From NCBI RefSeq assembly GCF_003918875.1, contig NW_025767431.1, positions 372,001 to 436,000 of the forward strand: a stretch of 64,000 bases of DNA, read 5' to 3'. Positions 13,357 through 25,209 of this stretch are shown in pieces (within the stretch, counting starts at the first letter, position 1; every line of letters begins with the position of its first letter). The notes under the pieces are model-generated. The model was not told where the DNA came from. It worked only from the letters and a program-made list of their open reading frames with translations, and ran no database searches. A program made the position numbers and the translations under genes. Source of the stretch: Haliotis rubra (taxonomy: Eukaryota).

Positions 13357-15857
13357 TCACACGTCTTCAATGGGTGTAGCAATAGGGCCACGTCCCGGTC
13401 TGTATATGGGATCTGAAATTAAGAATATGAGATTACATACCGGTTCTCTACTACAGCATACATTTTTCATGGTTCAGCACCAAACCGACTGAAACATTGA
13501 AGTAGATTTGTATAAACATGGGTGATCGTTTATGAAATTTTAAATGAATTTATAAAATTGAAATATTTGTGAATCCATTCTCTTAATACTCACTGAGGCT
13601 CTCCCTGATCTCGGGGTCTTCTTCGACCTGTGTAGGGTGCCTGGTAAATATATGTCGTGAAACAAACGATTTAATGTTGCCAACACAACCTCTTCCAAAC
13701 ACAGCCGTCACAGCAACCAGTCCCAACGCACATACAACCAGGAAGCCAACTCCTATCCAAACACCAGTTGTTAAGGATGCATAGTTGCTTTCTGGAAGAA
13801 ACAAATACAACTTGTAATATTGAAGCTTTGCATCACCATAAAGCGAAACTGATGGGAACTATAAAGATTTGCTGTTTTAGGGTTTCTTGGCCGTTGGAGA
13901 CAATATTGACCTCATTCTACAGTGAATATGTGAAATATGGTAGCTGTGGTGTGTCAGTGTGATACTCAATATAACAGCACATGTTGAGGAATCAGTTGTG
14001 TGAAACAATATACTAACTGAAACACTCCTACTCACATCACCTAGTCACCCAGAATACCAGTATTAACTGTTTGGTCCCTTATACAAGTCTAAAGCTTCGA
14101 TGTAGATGGTCTAAATAATTAAAAAAATAATTCATAATTGATGCTGCTACAAACGACAGATCAGACATGCTTTAACATAACCAAATATTTGAATCACAAT
14201 GGAACAAAATGTTGTGGGTCAAAAGCCCATGCAAAAATTGCTTTTTTTCGGTCGGACACATAAATTCTCAGAGAAATGGGCCTATGAGGGTGCAATGATA
14301 TAAAAGAATAATGGAAAGGGTGTAACGTAATTTACCAGTTTCTGGGCTTCTCTCGGCAGTGTAGGCTGAGACATTTGCTGGTAAAATCACCTTTGGCTCT
14401 GTGTGGGAACTTGTCGAGGATGTATTCTGGTCGGACCAGTCTGAAATATTGTAGAATCACAATAACAGGTTGACTCATTCATTACACTCAAAGACCTATT
14501 AGCAAAACGATCAACATGTATGGTCCATTAATCAGTTTTCAAAATATACATGTATGACAACCTAAAGAAGGAATACACACATTGAACAGATGAACGTATG
14601 GCTGAAATACTGACGAAATGACAGTTAAGTTGAATACAATGACTTCTTACCTGGACAAAGCCTCTGACAGTCGTCTCGACGTGCGTGTGGAGGGAGGCAC
14701 AGAGATCTACAATGTTCACATCTGTCCACATTGACATCGTAGAAATGTTGTACAGGACACTGGTGATGGATGGGCTTGTACCCTGAAACAACATTAGAAT
14801 TGAGTTATTAGTATACGTAATCATTTTAGTAGGGTACAGATCTTAACCTTTGTGGATCGGGTGAGACTAGATGGATTGATAGAGAAATATTATGTGTGGA
14901 CAAACTGATATTCCAAATCATTAATCAAGCAACAGGATTGATGTTAAACATAAACTGGGAATGTAGCCTGTAATTTAATGTATATTTCAAAATACCTATC
15001 CCATTAACGCGTCCCATGATGACTTCTGTGTTAAAAAATGCGATGAGTGAGTGAGGGGAAAATGTTAAAAGCCGCATCAACAATTTTGCAGCTATTCGCG
15101 GCAAGAAATACATTTTGTATAATACTATATACTATGGATACAAATAAGAATGATCGTGAAATTTAATAAAAAATTACAGGCAAATATCACATTCAAAGAG
15201 AAAAACTTGACTACTGAGATAAAATAATTTTCAGTATTCATTATTCTATATTTTGTATAATTTGATTTCTTTTAAATAAACTAAATTTTATAAATGGTGA
15301 AAAATTCGATGAGGATCGATGTGCTTCAAGTGGTGGTACATTGATCCGTTTAACTACAAACGTCACACCTTCTCGAATAGTCATTCAAGAACGACAACTC
15401 TGCCAAAGTGTTCAGACACCCGATACAAGGAAGTTATTCCGTTACAAAAAGACATATATATGGGACTGCCCTATATAACAGTTTCAACGATATTGCTTAA
15501 TTTTCACTCTAACGAATTTAATAAAGCCCGGTAAAGTTTCAGTGTCAAACTCGATTCGAACGTTATGGACTGAATCATACACGTCAGCTATATCTGAAAC
15601 ACCATTATATATCCGACGGTGAAAAGGAAAATATTATTGCTTCACTCACCTGGACACATATCCCGACATCTTGTCACTGTTCTCTGTGCCCGAGTAAACT
15701 CACAGATGTCACTACAGGGATCGCAGTTACCTGTGGCAGGGTCCAGGTAGCTCACACCTGGGTTACAGATGCTGCTTGCCCCCAACAACGACGGTAATGC
15801 AAGTCCCACAAATACCAAAACACATCCTTGAACTGTTGAAGTATAGCTTACGAACAT
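13357..15857 (-). CDS. TNFRSF13/TACI-like two-CRD type I transmembrane receptor, paralog B (232 aa)
   Basis: Five exons with phase-1 GT-AG joins, 699 nt in total. 15650-15857: signal peptide + CRD1 CNPGVSYLDPATGNCDPCSDICEFTRAQRTVTRCRDMCP. 14651-14782: CRD2 CPVQHFYDVNVDRCEHCRSLCLPPHARRDDCQRLCP. 14336-14440: S/T-rich stalk. 13594-13791: TM GVWIGVGFLVVCALGLVAVTAVF + HPTQVEE. 13357-13412: PIYRPGRGPIATPIEDV*. Kozak CCACCATG. Confidence 0.88.
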
Positions 15858-15892
15858 GGTGGATACAAGCCAAATCCGGGACTGTTTTCTTC

Positions 15893-15900
15893 CTTTTATA
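15893..15900 (-). promoter_or_regulatory. TATA box (TATAAAAG) of paralog B
   Basis: About 36-43 nt upstream of the Kozak ATG at 15857. Confidence 0.55.
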
Positions 15901-16086
15901 GAAGTTGCTATAGAATAAGCTGAAATACAGTCCTGTGAACGACCGCGACCCTTGCCTATACTGATTCATGTCGTGTAGGTAAATTTCTTAAATACTGACG
16001 AAATCCTCTCGAAGGTTCCAGAGCCTTCGGTGACTCGAAAACAAGTGTCGTCACCGGATGTTGTGAAATATCGACTATTTTTAGAA

Positions 16087-16097
16087 GGGAATTCCCC
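16087..16097. promoter_or_regulatory. Palindromic NF-kB site GGGAATTCCC(C)
   Basis: Perfect kB palindrome ~190 bp upstream of the paralog B TATA box. Confidence 0.55.
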
Positions 16098-17009
16098 TGC
16101 ACTTGACTACTCAAGTCGGGTGCTGCAGTGTGTACCGTTAGTCATCGGCTGTCACTGCGCTGGGTATACGTATGTTGCAATCTCCTGTTGTGAACGTATA
16201 AACATTAAGTCACGAGGGGACGTCTATTACAGTTATGAGCTAGGATGACTGGACTATGTGTCGCCAACCATAACAAAAGCTACGCCAGCTAAAAACATTG
16301 TTACCTGACAGCATTGTAAACATGAATATGCTCACCCGCTAGGTGAAGGTCAACGAGCTGTTCAGACTGATAGGGGCTAGTCACAACTGGTTATTCTTAT
16401 ACAATGACGTTGTATATTTATATTTAAATGCATAAACCATGGCCATGTATATAAATAATCTTGTTTATCACCACTTTTTAAAAAACATATGATTTTATTT
16501 TTACATTTTATTTTATTATATGTCCAAAAACCCCTGATTTATATGAAAATTTACACCATTTCTCCGATAAGAAATCAAAACCTAGAAGTTTGAAAAGTAC
16601 ATGCACAATCTGAGAGTCAAAGTTGCATTTTCTCAAGTGTAAAAAATATATTTTAAAAATGTTAGGGTCGGGTCGAAATTTTGGGTCGGGCGGTAATGAG
16701 AAACAAAAATATTTTTCATCGTCACGGTTTATACAATTCAGTGTAAATATATAATGTCATTGCAGAATAATACCTAGTCATGTCAATCCACCCGAAACAG
16801 ATTACATGTGCATGCAAACACAATGGGGCCATGACGCTTGGAAATAATTTACACACAAGTATCAGTGCGGCACAACCTTGTGGCGAAATATAATACTTTA
16901 GTTTTTCTGACAGAGTTATTTTTGATAAGCTATATATATGATTGTGATATTAACAACTGGGTTCTACGTTCTCTCTGATATTTGATATCATATTTGAATT
17001 TAATAATAC

Positions 17010-19475
17010 CCCGGCACTACCTTCAGTATGTCTCACCCGGCACTACGTTCAGTCTGCCTCACCATGGCCCTACGTTCAGTCAGCCTCACACCGGCACTAC
17101 GTTCAGTCAGTATCACCCCGGCACTGCATTCAGTCTGTCTCACCATGGCACTATGTTCAGTCTGTATCACCATGGCACTACGTTCAGTCTGTCTCACCCC
17201 GGCACAGCATTCAGTCTGTCTCACCATGGCACTATGTTCAGATTGTCTCCCCCCGGTCTCCCTCACCCTAGAACAACGTAGCGGTCTGTCTCACCCCGGA
17301 ACTACGTTCAGTCTGCCTCACCATGACACTACATTCAGTCTGTCTCACCCCGAGACAACATTCAGTCTGTCTCATCATGGCACTATCTTCAGTCGGTCTT
17401 ACCCTGACACTACGTTCAGCCTGCCTCACCCCAGCACTATGTTCAGTCTGTCTCACCCTGGCACTACATTCAGTCTGTCTCAAGCCGGCACTACGTTCAG
17501 TCTGCCTCACTTGGCACTATGTTCAGTCTGTATCACCCCGGTACTACGTTCAGTCTGTCTCACCATGGCACAATGTGCAGTTTGTCTCACGCTAGCACTA
17601 CGTTCAGTTTACCTCACTCTGGCACTGCGTTCAGTCTGTCTCACCATGGCACTAAGTTCAGCCTGTCTCACCCCGGCACTACGTTCAGTCTGCCTCACCC
17701 TAGCACTACGTAGCGGTCTGTCTCACCCCGGCACTACTTTCAGTCTGCCTCACCTCGGCACTGCATTCAGTCTGTCTCACCATGGCACTACTTTCAGTCT
17801 GCCCAACCCCGGCACTACGTTCAGTCCGCCTCAACCAAGCACCTGTTCAGTTTGTCTCAGCCAGCACTACGTTCCGTCTGCCCCACCCCGGCACCTATTC
17901 AGTCTGTCTCACCATTGCACGATGTTCAGTCTGTCTCACCCCATCACTAGGTTCAGTCTGTCTCACCATGGCACTATGTTCAGTCTGTCTTAACATGGCG
18001 CTATGTTCAGTTTGTCTCATCCCGGCACTACGTTCAGTCTGCCTCACCCCGGCACTGCATTCAGTCTGTCTCACCATGGCACTACGTTCAGTCAGACTCA
18101 CCCGAGCACTACGTTCATTTTGTATCACCCCTGCACTACGTTCAGTCTGCCTCACCCCGACACTACGTTCAGTCTGCCTCACCCCGGCACTACGTTCAGT
18201 CTGTACCAACCTGCACCACATTCAGTCTTTCTCATCCCGGCACTACATTCAGTCTGCCCCACCCGTCACTGCATTCAGTCTGTATCACCCGGGCACTACG
18301 TTGAGTCTGTCTCACCCGGCACTGCATTCAGTCTCTCTCACCCCTGCACTACGTTCAGTCTGTCTCACCCCAGCACAACATTCAGTCTGTCTCACCATGG
18401 CACTATGTTCAGTCTGTCTCACCATGGCACTATGTTCAGTCTGTCTCACCATGGCACTATGTTCAGTCTGTCTTACTCTGACACTACATTGAGTCTGCCT
18501 CACCCGTCACTGCACTCAGTCTGTATCATCCGGGCACTACGTTCAGTCTGTCTCACCCGGCACTGCAATCAGTCTCTCTCACTATGGAACAAAGGTCAAT
18601 CTGTTTCACCCCAGCACAATATTCAGTCTGTCTCACCATGGCACTATGTTCAGTCTGCCTCACCCCGGCACAACGTTCAGTCTGCCTCACCCCGGCACTA
18701 CGTTCATTCTGTATCACCCCTGCACTACGTTCAGTCTGCCTCACCCCGGCACTACATGCAGTCTGCCTCATCCCGCCACTACGTTCAGTCTGTCTCATCC
18801 CGGCACTACGTTCAGTCTGTCTCATCCCGGCACTACGTTCAGTCTGCCTCACCCGGCACTACGTTCATTCTGCCTCACCCCGGCACTACGTTCATTCTGT
18901 ATCACCCCGGCACTACGTTCAGTCTGTACCACCCCGGCACTACATGCAGTCTGCCTCATCCCGGCACTACGTTCAGTCTGCCTCACCCCAGCACTACGTT
19001 CATTCTGTATCACCCGGCACTACGTTCATTCTGTATCACCCCGGCACTACGTTCATTCTGTATCACCCCGGCACTACGTTCAGTCTGTACCACCCCGGCA
19101 CCACATTCAGTTTGTCTCACACTAGCACTACGTTCAGTCTGCCTCACTCCCGCACTACGTTCATTCTGTATCACCCCGGCACTACGTTCAGTCTGTCTCA
19201 TCCCGGCACTACGTTCAGTCTGTATCACCCCGGCACTACGTTCAGTCTGTATCACCCCGGCACTACGTTCAGTCTGCTCCACTCCCGCAGCACGTTCATT
19301 CTGTATCACCCCGGCACTACGTTCAGTCTGTGTCAACGCGGCACTACGTCCAGTCTGTATCACCCCTGCACTACGTTCAGTCTGTCTCATCCCGGCACTA
19401 CATGCAGTCTGTATCACCCCGGCACTACGTTCAGTCTGTATCACCCCGGCACTACGTCCAGTCTGTATCAATGTC
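17010..19475. repeat. 27-bp minisatellite (cactacgttcagtctgtctcaccccgg), ~90 copies
   Basis: 9-aa periodic translations (HPGTTFSLS / TPALRSVCL / PRHYVQSVS) in several frames. Confidence 0.97.
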
Positions 19476-19499
19476 TCATGAAGTACCTTGGCTTCGTCA

Positions 19500-19743
19500 A
19501 CCCGTGAAGGTCCGGGTTAGAATGTGCCTTCAGTATCCAATGCTTGTCGTAAGAGGCGACTAACGTAATCGGGTGGTCAGGCTCAAGACTTACTTGACAC
19601 ATGTCATCGGTTCACAATTGCGCAGATCGATGCTCATGTTGTTGATCACTGGATTGTCTGGTCCAGACTCGATTATTTACAAACCGCCGCCAAATAGCTG
19701 GAATATTGCTGAGTGCGGCGTAAAACTAAACTCACTCACTCAC
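19500..19743 (+). mobile_element. SINE family 2 (possibly MetaSINE-like core)
   Basis: cccgtgaag...gtcgtaagaggcgactaa...gaatattgctgagtgcggcgtaaaactaaactcactcact; about 8 copies in the window. Confidence 0.8.
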
Positions 19744-20763
19744 TTGGCTTTGTCAGTTCGCTTAATAAGAACATTTATTTTCACATTTTTGAATTGACAC
19801 CTTCCTAAGCATGTATATGCCATATTTCAGATTTTATATGGATTTGCCACGAAACCCAAACTGCAGAGTGTTAAGGCTGGTTTACACATCGATCTAGTCC
19901 ATCTGGTCACGATGCTCTGATCACAGTTGCACCTTGGCCATGCATGAGACTCGGTGATTACAAGAGGTATGCTGACAATGGTAGAAGACATACAATAATG
20001 AGCGAACTGCTTGCAAGGATTACGTAATACCACAGAGCGACATTGAGTATTCCAGGTATTGTTAAAACAGAAACGAAAACGTATCTATCGATCATGCAGA
20101 GCCGAACAGTATCATTGCGCGAGAGGAGGGAGTAGAGAACATTGGAAGTAGCAGAATGGATATCGATCAAGAACTGGGTACATGACTGTCGACAAGCCAA
20201 CCGGTAAGTTTCTCGTCTTTCCCATGCCATGAAAGTCTTTATTGTCTGTATTCCTTGCCAAAACATTCATTCTAAGCTGAAGCCGACATCGTCGCAACGA
20301 AAATACCACGGTTAATTATTACATATCTGAGTACATAAAACATAACAATTTTAGTAAATGTGACCAGTCTCGATCTACAAAATAACTGACAGTGGAAGGA
20401 GGAATTCAGACAGAGACGGAAATACCATCATCAAATATAATGTTGTTGTCATGGATTTCAATGCCATGGCCATTGTGGTTACTTCATTATGTAAATGAAG
20501 TATTATGTAAATGCGCATGCGTCAATACATGGAAAAGGCAGCAATCGATCGACAGCACAGCGGCATCATTCAAGAGTAGAAAATGAAACGTTTAGACATC
20601 ATATTTTCGGCAGTTATCGTCTACGAATTGAATTATCATCTGAAAAGACGACCAATACCTTGGTAGCACATGTATATTACTACACAGGGTCCAAATCCAC
20701 ACAACGTTCGTAGCACTACGACATTCGTAAGCCTAAATAAACTATGACTATGAGTCCCCTGCA

Positions 20764-20970
20764 TTCAACATTTCCTTTATATCGAGCAATATTCCAACAG
20801 CTCCAGCCTTTAGTGTGGACATTTCACAACTTTAAGGTACAGCCGAGCGTCTTCTCTGCATCAGGATTTCAGAGACGGTCATGCCTCTCTTGCCCAGAAG
20901 TTGTTTGATGAGGGTTACAACATAAAATGCCTCAGTAAAACTTTCAAGACGTTTTATGGTGGACATCTGA
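20764..20970 (+). mobile_element. Penelope-like RT C-terminal fragment
   Basis: SSNIPTAPAFSVDISQL..YSRASS..QDF...LAQKLFDEGYNIKCLSKTFKTFYGGH, with frameshift/stop. Confidence 0.65.
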
Positions 20971-21385
20971 AGGAAATTTCAATATTTGATGCATCAGTCG
21001 GATGCGGATTGTTTGGAAACCTGTCATTCTTTAAATGGGGGGTTGGGGTTGGGGGTTCTTACCATTGAATATTTGCTCATAAATATAAATGAGAATGTTG
21101 TTCCATAATCATTAATCTCTGCTGAAAGTGAAGTAAGTTGTACGATTCATACCGTTCTAGCAAAGGATCGGTGCTCAGATCCACAGATAACTGTTTTGTT
21201 TCGTGATGTCTACGTGATGAATCTGAATGGTATGTTTTGTTCCTGTCAAGTGACATTAATATATTAATGTGACCAGTTTCAGTGTATTTCATGGCACCTT
21301 CCCTCATAATCTTGCACCATCTAACGAATCGCAGTTGTCAGTAGGTGTATGTTCTAATCTAATCTCCTCTGGAACTGAAGGGAAG

Positions 21386-22502
21386 ATGACGATGTGTTCG
21401 AAAGACTTCTACAGGGACGAAGAATCTGGGAAGTGTCAGTCTTGCGCTGAGTTGTGCCATCAAGCCGAGGTTAGAGGAACTGTTGACCCCTGCAGCAGAC
21501 TTTGTCCAGGTAAAACCTTTAGTACTACACATGTTGTACTTTACCTAATGGTTCATTTATATTTAATTATAGTTATCAACAAAACATTTCTTCTTGTGTG
21601 ACACATTTTCTGAATGTGTTTCAGTCTCTTTACATGACCCTGTTACGGAGACACAAACTGGAGTATCAACAACTATAGCCAGTGCAGCGGGGACAATGCC
21701 TTTGTCACTAAATAACGGTAAGCATGCAGCACGTATACACTGCAATGTCCTCGTCACAGATCAGTCGAGATACTGTTTGATTTGTTGGTTGGTTGTTAAA
21801 CGCCGCACTCAGCAATATTCCAGCTATATGGCGGCGGTCTGGAAATAATAGAGCCTGGACAAGATAATCCAGTGATCAACAGCATGAGCTTCGATCTACA
21901 TAATTGGGATACGGTGACAAGCGTTAGCCAAGTCATCGCTGACACCACCCGATCCTGTTAGCCGCCTCTTACGACAAGCATGAGTTGCTGCAGACCAATT
22001 CTATTACTGAACTTAAGGGCTGGATACTGTTTTGAGTTGAATGATGGTAGGGTGTGGAGAAACAGGGGTGAACGAAATGCCAACTGTACCATTGCTGAAC
22101 ATGATCGCCTTGGGAGGAAGTTTGATTGCATCGACTGGAATGCTGGTTGGACATCGGACTGACCTTGTCGTCGTAAGGGTTGTCAAGGCAGTTGTACGTT
22201 ACAGGGACGAAATTTTCATACCAGTGGCCCCAACTGATGTATCTTATAATTCACCAGATCAACGTGGCATTTTGATTTCTTGTCAATCGTCTCTTCCAGA
22301 TGGATACCTGATGCCAGAGGTGTTAGTAATTACACTGGGAGTGGGCATCATCCTGGTGGCTCTGGCGGGCTTTGTCATCTTGTTCTATCAAAGAAGTTGG
22401 CGAAGAACCGACCGCAGTTCAAAACGGCCTGGAAAAGACCCAGGCACATATGGGTATACTGTATCTTCTATCAGTGCAACATTTCTAGCCAAATCTTACT
22501 GA
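21386..22502 (+). CDS. TNFRSF13/Grindelwald-like single-CRD transmembrane receptor, paralog C (~139 aa)
   Basis: CRD exon 21386-21509 (MTMCSKDFYRDEESGKCQSCAELCHQAEVRGTVDPCSRLCP). Stalk exon 21625-21717. TM exon 22300-22502 (VLVITLGVGIILVALAGFVILFYQRSWRR...). All joins phase 1. Possible upstream exon 20182-20203 (MTVDKPT|gtaagt); 3' end uncertain. Confidence 0.8.
21780..22015 (-). mobile_element. SINE family 2 in an intron of paralog C
   Basis: Reverse complement of 19500-19743. Confidence 0.8.
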
Positions 22503-23139
22503 CTATATGAAGCAACCCGACTTTGCCTTTGTGTTGTGTCTAGCAGCTCTTATAACAAGCAGTATATATTCAAGTGGCGGATAGGAGGTGTGACATGTTA
22601 GTCATGTAAGAAAACATACCTTTTTATCAGTTTTGTTGCGAGCTAGTAAATATGAAAGATCAACAAATCATGTGCATATTGTAACCCTCTGCAGTATTTA
22701 GGCGATACGATCCCATACCTTAATGTTATCAATCATAAGACAATACACGTTTCCTTCATCATAGAAGTGGTCAGTGTAGCTGCCAAGTCTGTTGAGATAA
22801 GAGAAATAAGATGGTGACAAGTAAGCTGACAAAGATGTACAAAAATGTTGCAAAGGGTACGTGCGTTACTCGGGTGGAAAGCGTCACCGAAGCAAGAAAA
22901 CGTCAGGGTCAACACTTAACCATGATACCCGTATCAAATACATCGCTTTAAAAAAGTATGTTTGCTTTGTATCATTTTTAACCACCATCAAGCATGATTG
23001 TATACATTCTTTTGCCAACCAGGTGGCTCTCAATATTGGCATAAAAGCATTTATATCTAGTCAAAGCGTTATCCATGGTAATGCTTATATGTCACCAGCA
23101 TGATATTGTGTATTGTTTACATGTCGTGACCGTTTTTAG

Positions 23140-23267
23140 AAATATTCCAGCAATATCACGACAGGGGACAGCGTAAATGGGCTTCACACATTGTACCCTT
23201 ATAAAGAGTCGAACCAGGGTGTTCAGAGTGACGAACGGACGCTTTAACCAACAGACTACCCCACCGC
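23140..23267 (-). mobile_element. SINE family 1
   Basis: aatattccagcaatatcacg...gctttaacca..gactaccccaccgc. Confidence 0.75.
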
Positions 23268-23599
23268 TGCTCATAGTATTGTGAAATAACCACTGTATTT
23301 CATTATTTTTGAAAGAAAAATGTTCGCCCATGTCGTCACTAATGACGTCATAATCAAAGAGTCTTGTAATTTTGTTTTCATTCATGGAACATATTGTGTA
23401 TTATGTTGTCACTTTACTGATCACGGTTAATTGAGACGCATAGGCTTACGATTCAAAAAATCAACCACAACCTACAACGAATGTTTAATTACCTTTGTAG
23501 CATGTTTAATATATTGTGTTTTGTCTTTTTCCAGAGACTTGAACAATAAAAACTGAAAGAAATGCCTTTAAATGTTTTCATCCAGCCCAGGCACACAAA

Positions 23600-23760
23600 C
23601 TACTATCCAGTGATCAACATCATGAGCATCTATCTACGCAACTGGGATACGATGACATGTGTCGACCAAGTCAGCGAGCCTGACCACCCGATCCCGTTGG
23701 TCGCCTCTTATGACAAGCATGGGTTACTAAAGATCAATTCTAACCCGGATTTTCACGGGT
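23600..23760 (-). mobile_element. SINE family 2, partial
   Basis: ccagtgatcaacatcatgagc...gtcgcctcttatgacaagc...cacggg. Confidence 0.75.
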
Positions 23761-24646
23761 CTTTTTACGTGTATGTGTATAAAAGGGTAGGACATTTATG
23801 TCTGCAAACGTCAGATTATATTCTGTTGATACCAACTAGTCATATTTTCACAACTGGCAGACCGACTCTGTGGTACATGGAAAGTGTTCGTAGAGCGGAA
23901 AGTCTGGGGTTTGAACCCCGGCACACCAAAAGTTGATTATTGTTACACTACCAGGCGCTCGTTAGTAAATGGACCCGACGTCTCGTGATAATGAATCATA
24001 CTGTGTTACGTAACGCACGGCTCAAGAGGTCAACCACTGTTGTCGAGACAGACAGCCTTCAAGCTGACAAGCCGCTCAACATCGGGTGTATAGGTACAGA
24101 TACTTCACGAACCTGTGACTCACGCTATGGTATATGTGTCGATTACTATTGTTGTAATGGGAATGCCCATGTTCTGTTCATGGTCATTCAGTCGACCCCA
24201 GTAAGCATACACAGATTATGACCTGCAAATAGATGAATAGGCTACTTTTGAAAAACTACATCTAACATTTCGTTTATAAATATTCTCAGTCTTTCTGTAA
24301 CATAAGAAGAAATGAAAACTCAGTTCAAAGACTTGCGCAATTCTGTTTGGCCAGTCAACACATCACATTCCCCTTTGGATTGATTTATCCATATCATTTA
24401 GCTGTTTGGAGAGATTGTTTATTACGCTTCAACTGGTTTGTTTACTGGACCAACTGTCAGTAAATAGAACAAAGAAAATTCGTTCCATAAATATATAAAG
24501 GTATTAAAATTCACTCTTTTATCATAGGAATACCATACATGGTTACATACATAGCAGCTGATCACTGATCCCCCGATCTTTTGATCGTTGTTTTTGGTAA
24601 GCAAAGACTGGATGATCTTGTCAAGAAAAGAGTATATGAGTGAGTG

Positions 24647-24880
24647 AGTGAGTTAATATTTATCTTCACATCGGCAATATTTCAGCTATATCGTGAAGAG
24701 AACAATTAATTATCATAATAAACATCAATAAATTTAGAAATTAGCAACCTGTTGCCGATGACCAGTAAAAGTGCTAGAGTGTCACAGAGAAGGTAAAACT
24801 AGCATGTAGTGAAACGATTTTATTATAGGGAACATTACAATATGAAAACGGGCTATGGGTCACCAGCAACTGACTGTAGA
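24647..24880 (-). mobile_element. Non-autonomous retroposon family 3 ((ACTC)n tail; caacaactgaaggtagatcaccat core)
   Basis: Other copies at ~29097-29560, 31860-32290, 40531-40775, 51092-51600, 55560-56074, 61420-61690, 62090-62397. Confidence 0.7.
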
Positions 24881-24883
24881 TCA

Positions 24884-24992
24884 GGGCCCCGTTCCACAAA
24901 GCGATGGTAGAGCTAAGATGATCGTAACTCCCAAACCTTAACATAGACTTACGACTGTCGTATCGCTACGATTGCTTTGAGGAACGGGGCCC
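24884..24992. mobile_element. ~110-bp hairpin MITE
   Basis: TIR gggccccgttccacaaagcgat / attgctttgaggaacggggccc; relatives at 27156-27265, 32927-33040, 43160-43282, 47927-48036. Confidence 0.75.
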
Positions 24993-25209
24993 AGTTCGCT
25001 AACAAACTAAAAGATAAACAAGCTAAGAACCAAATAGATACAACGGCGATCAACCCCATCTGTGAACTCTGTAATTATAACCATAATGAAGACGAGAACC
25101 ACGTATTTGTTTGCTTGTGCCAAGTATAATCAAGCCAGAACTACAGAAGCTACAATCAGAGGCACACTAACCATTCAGGCAATTTTCATGTCACAAAAGA
25201 ATTATGTAC

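Noticed and set aside
16982-19563. Long ORFs (up to 492 aa) on both strands
   Set aside because: By-product of a stop-free 27-bp repeat; frames shift at unit indels and there is no unique domain or splice context
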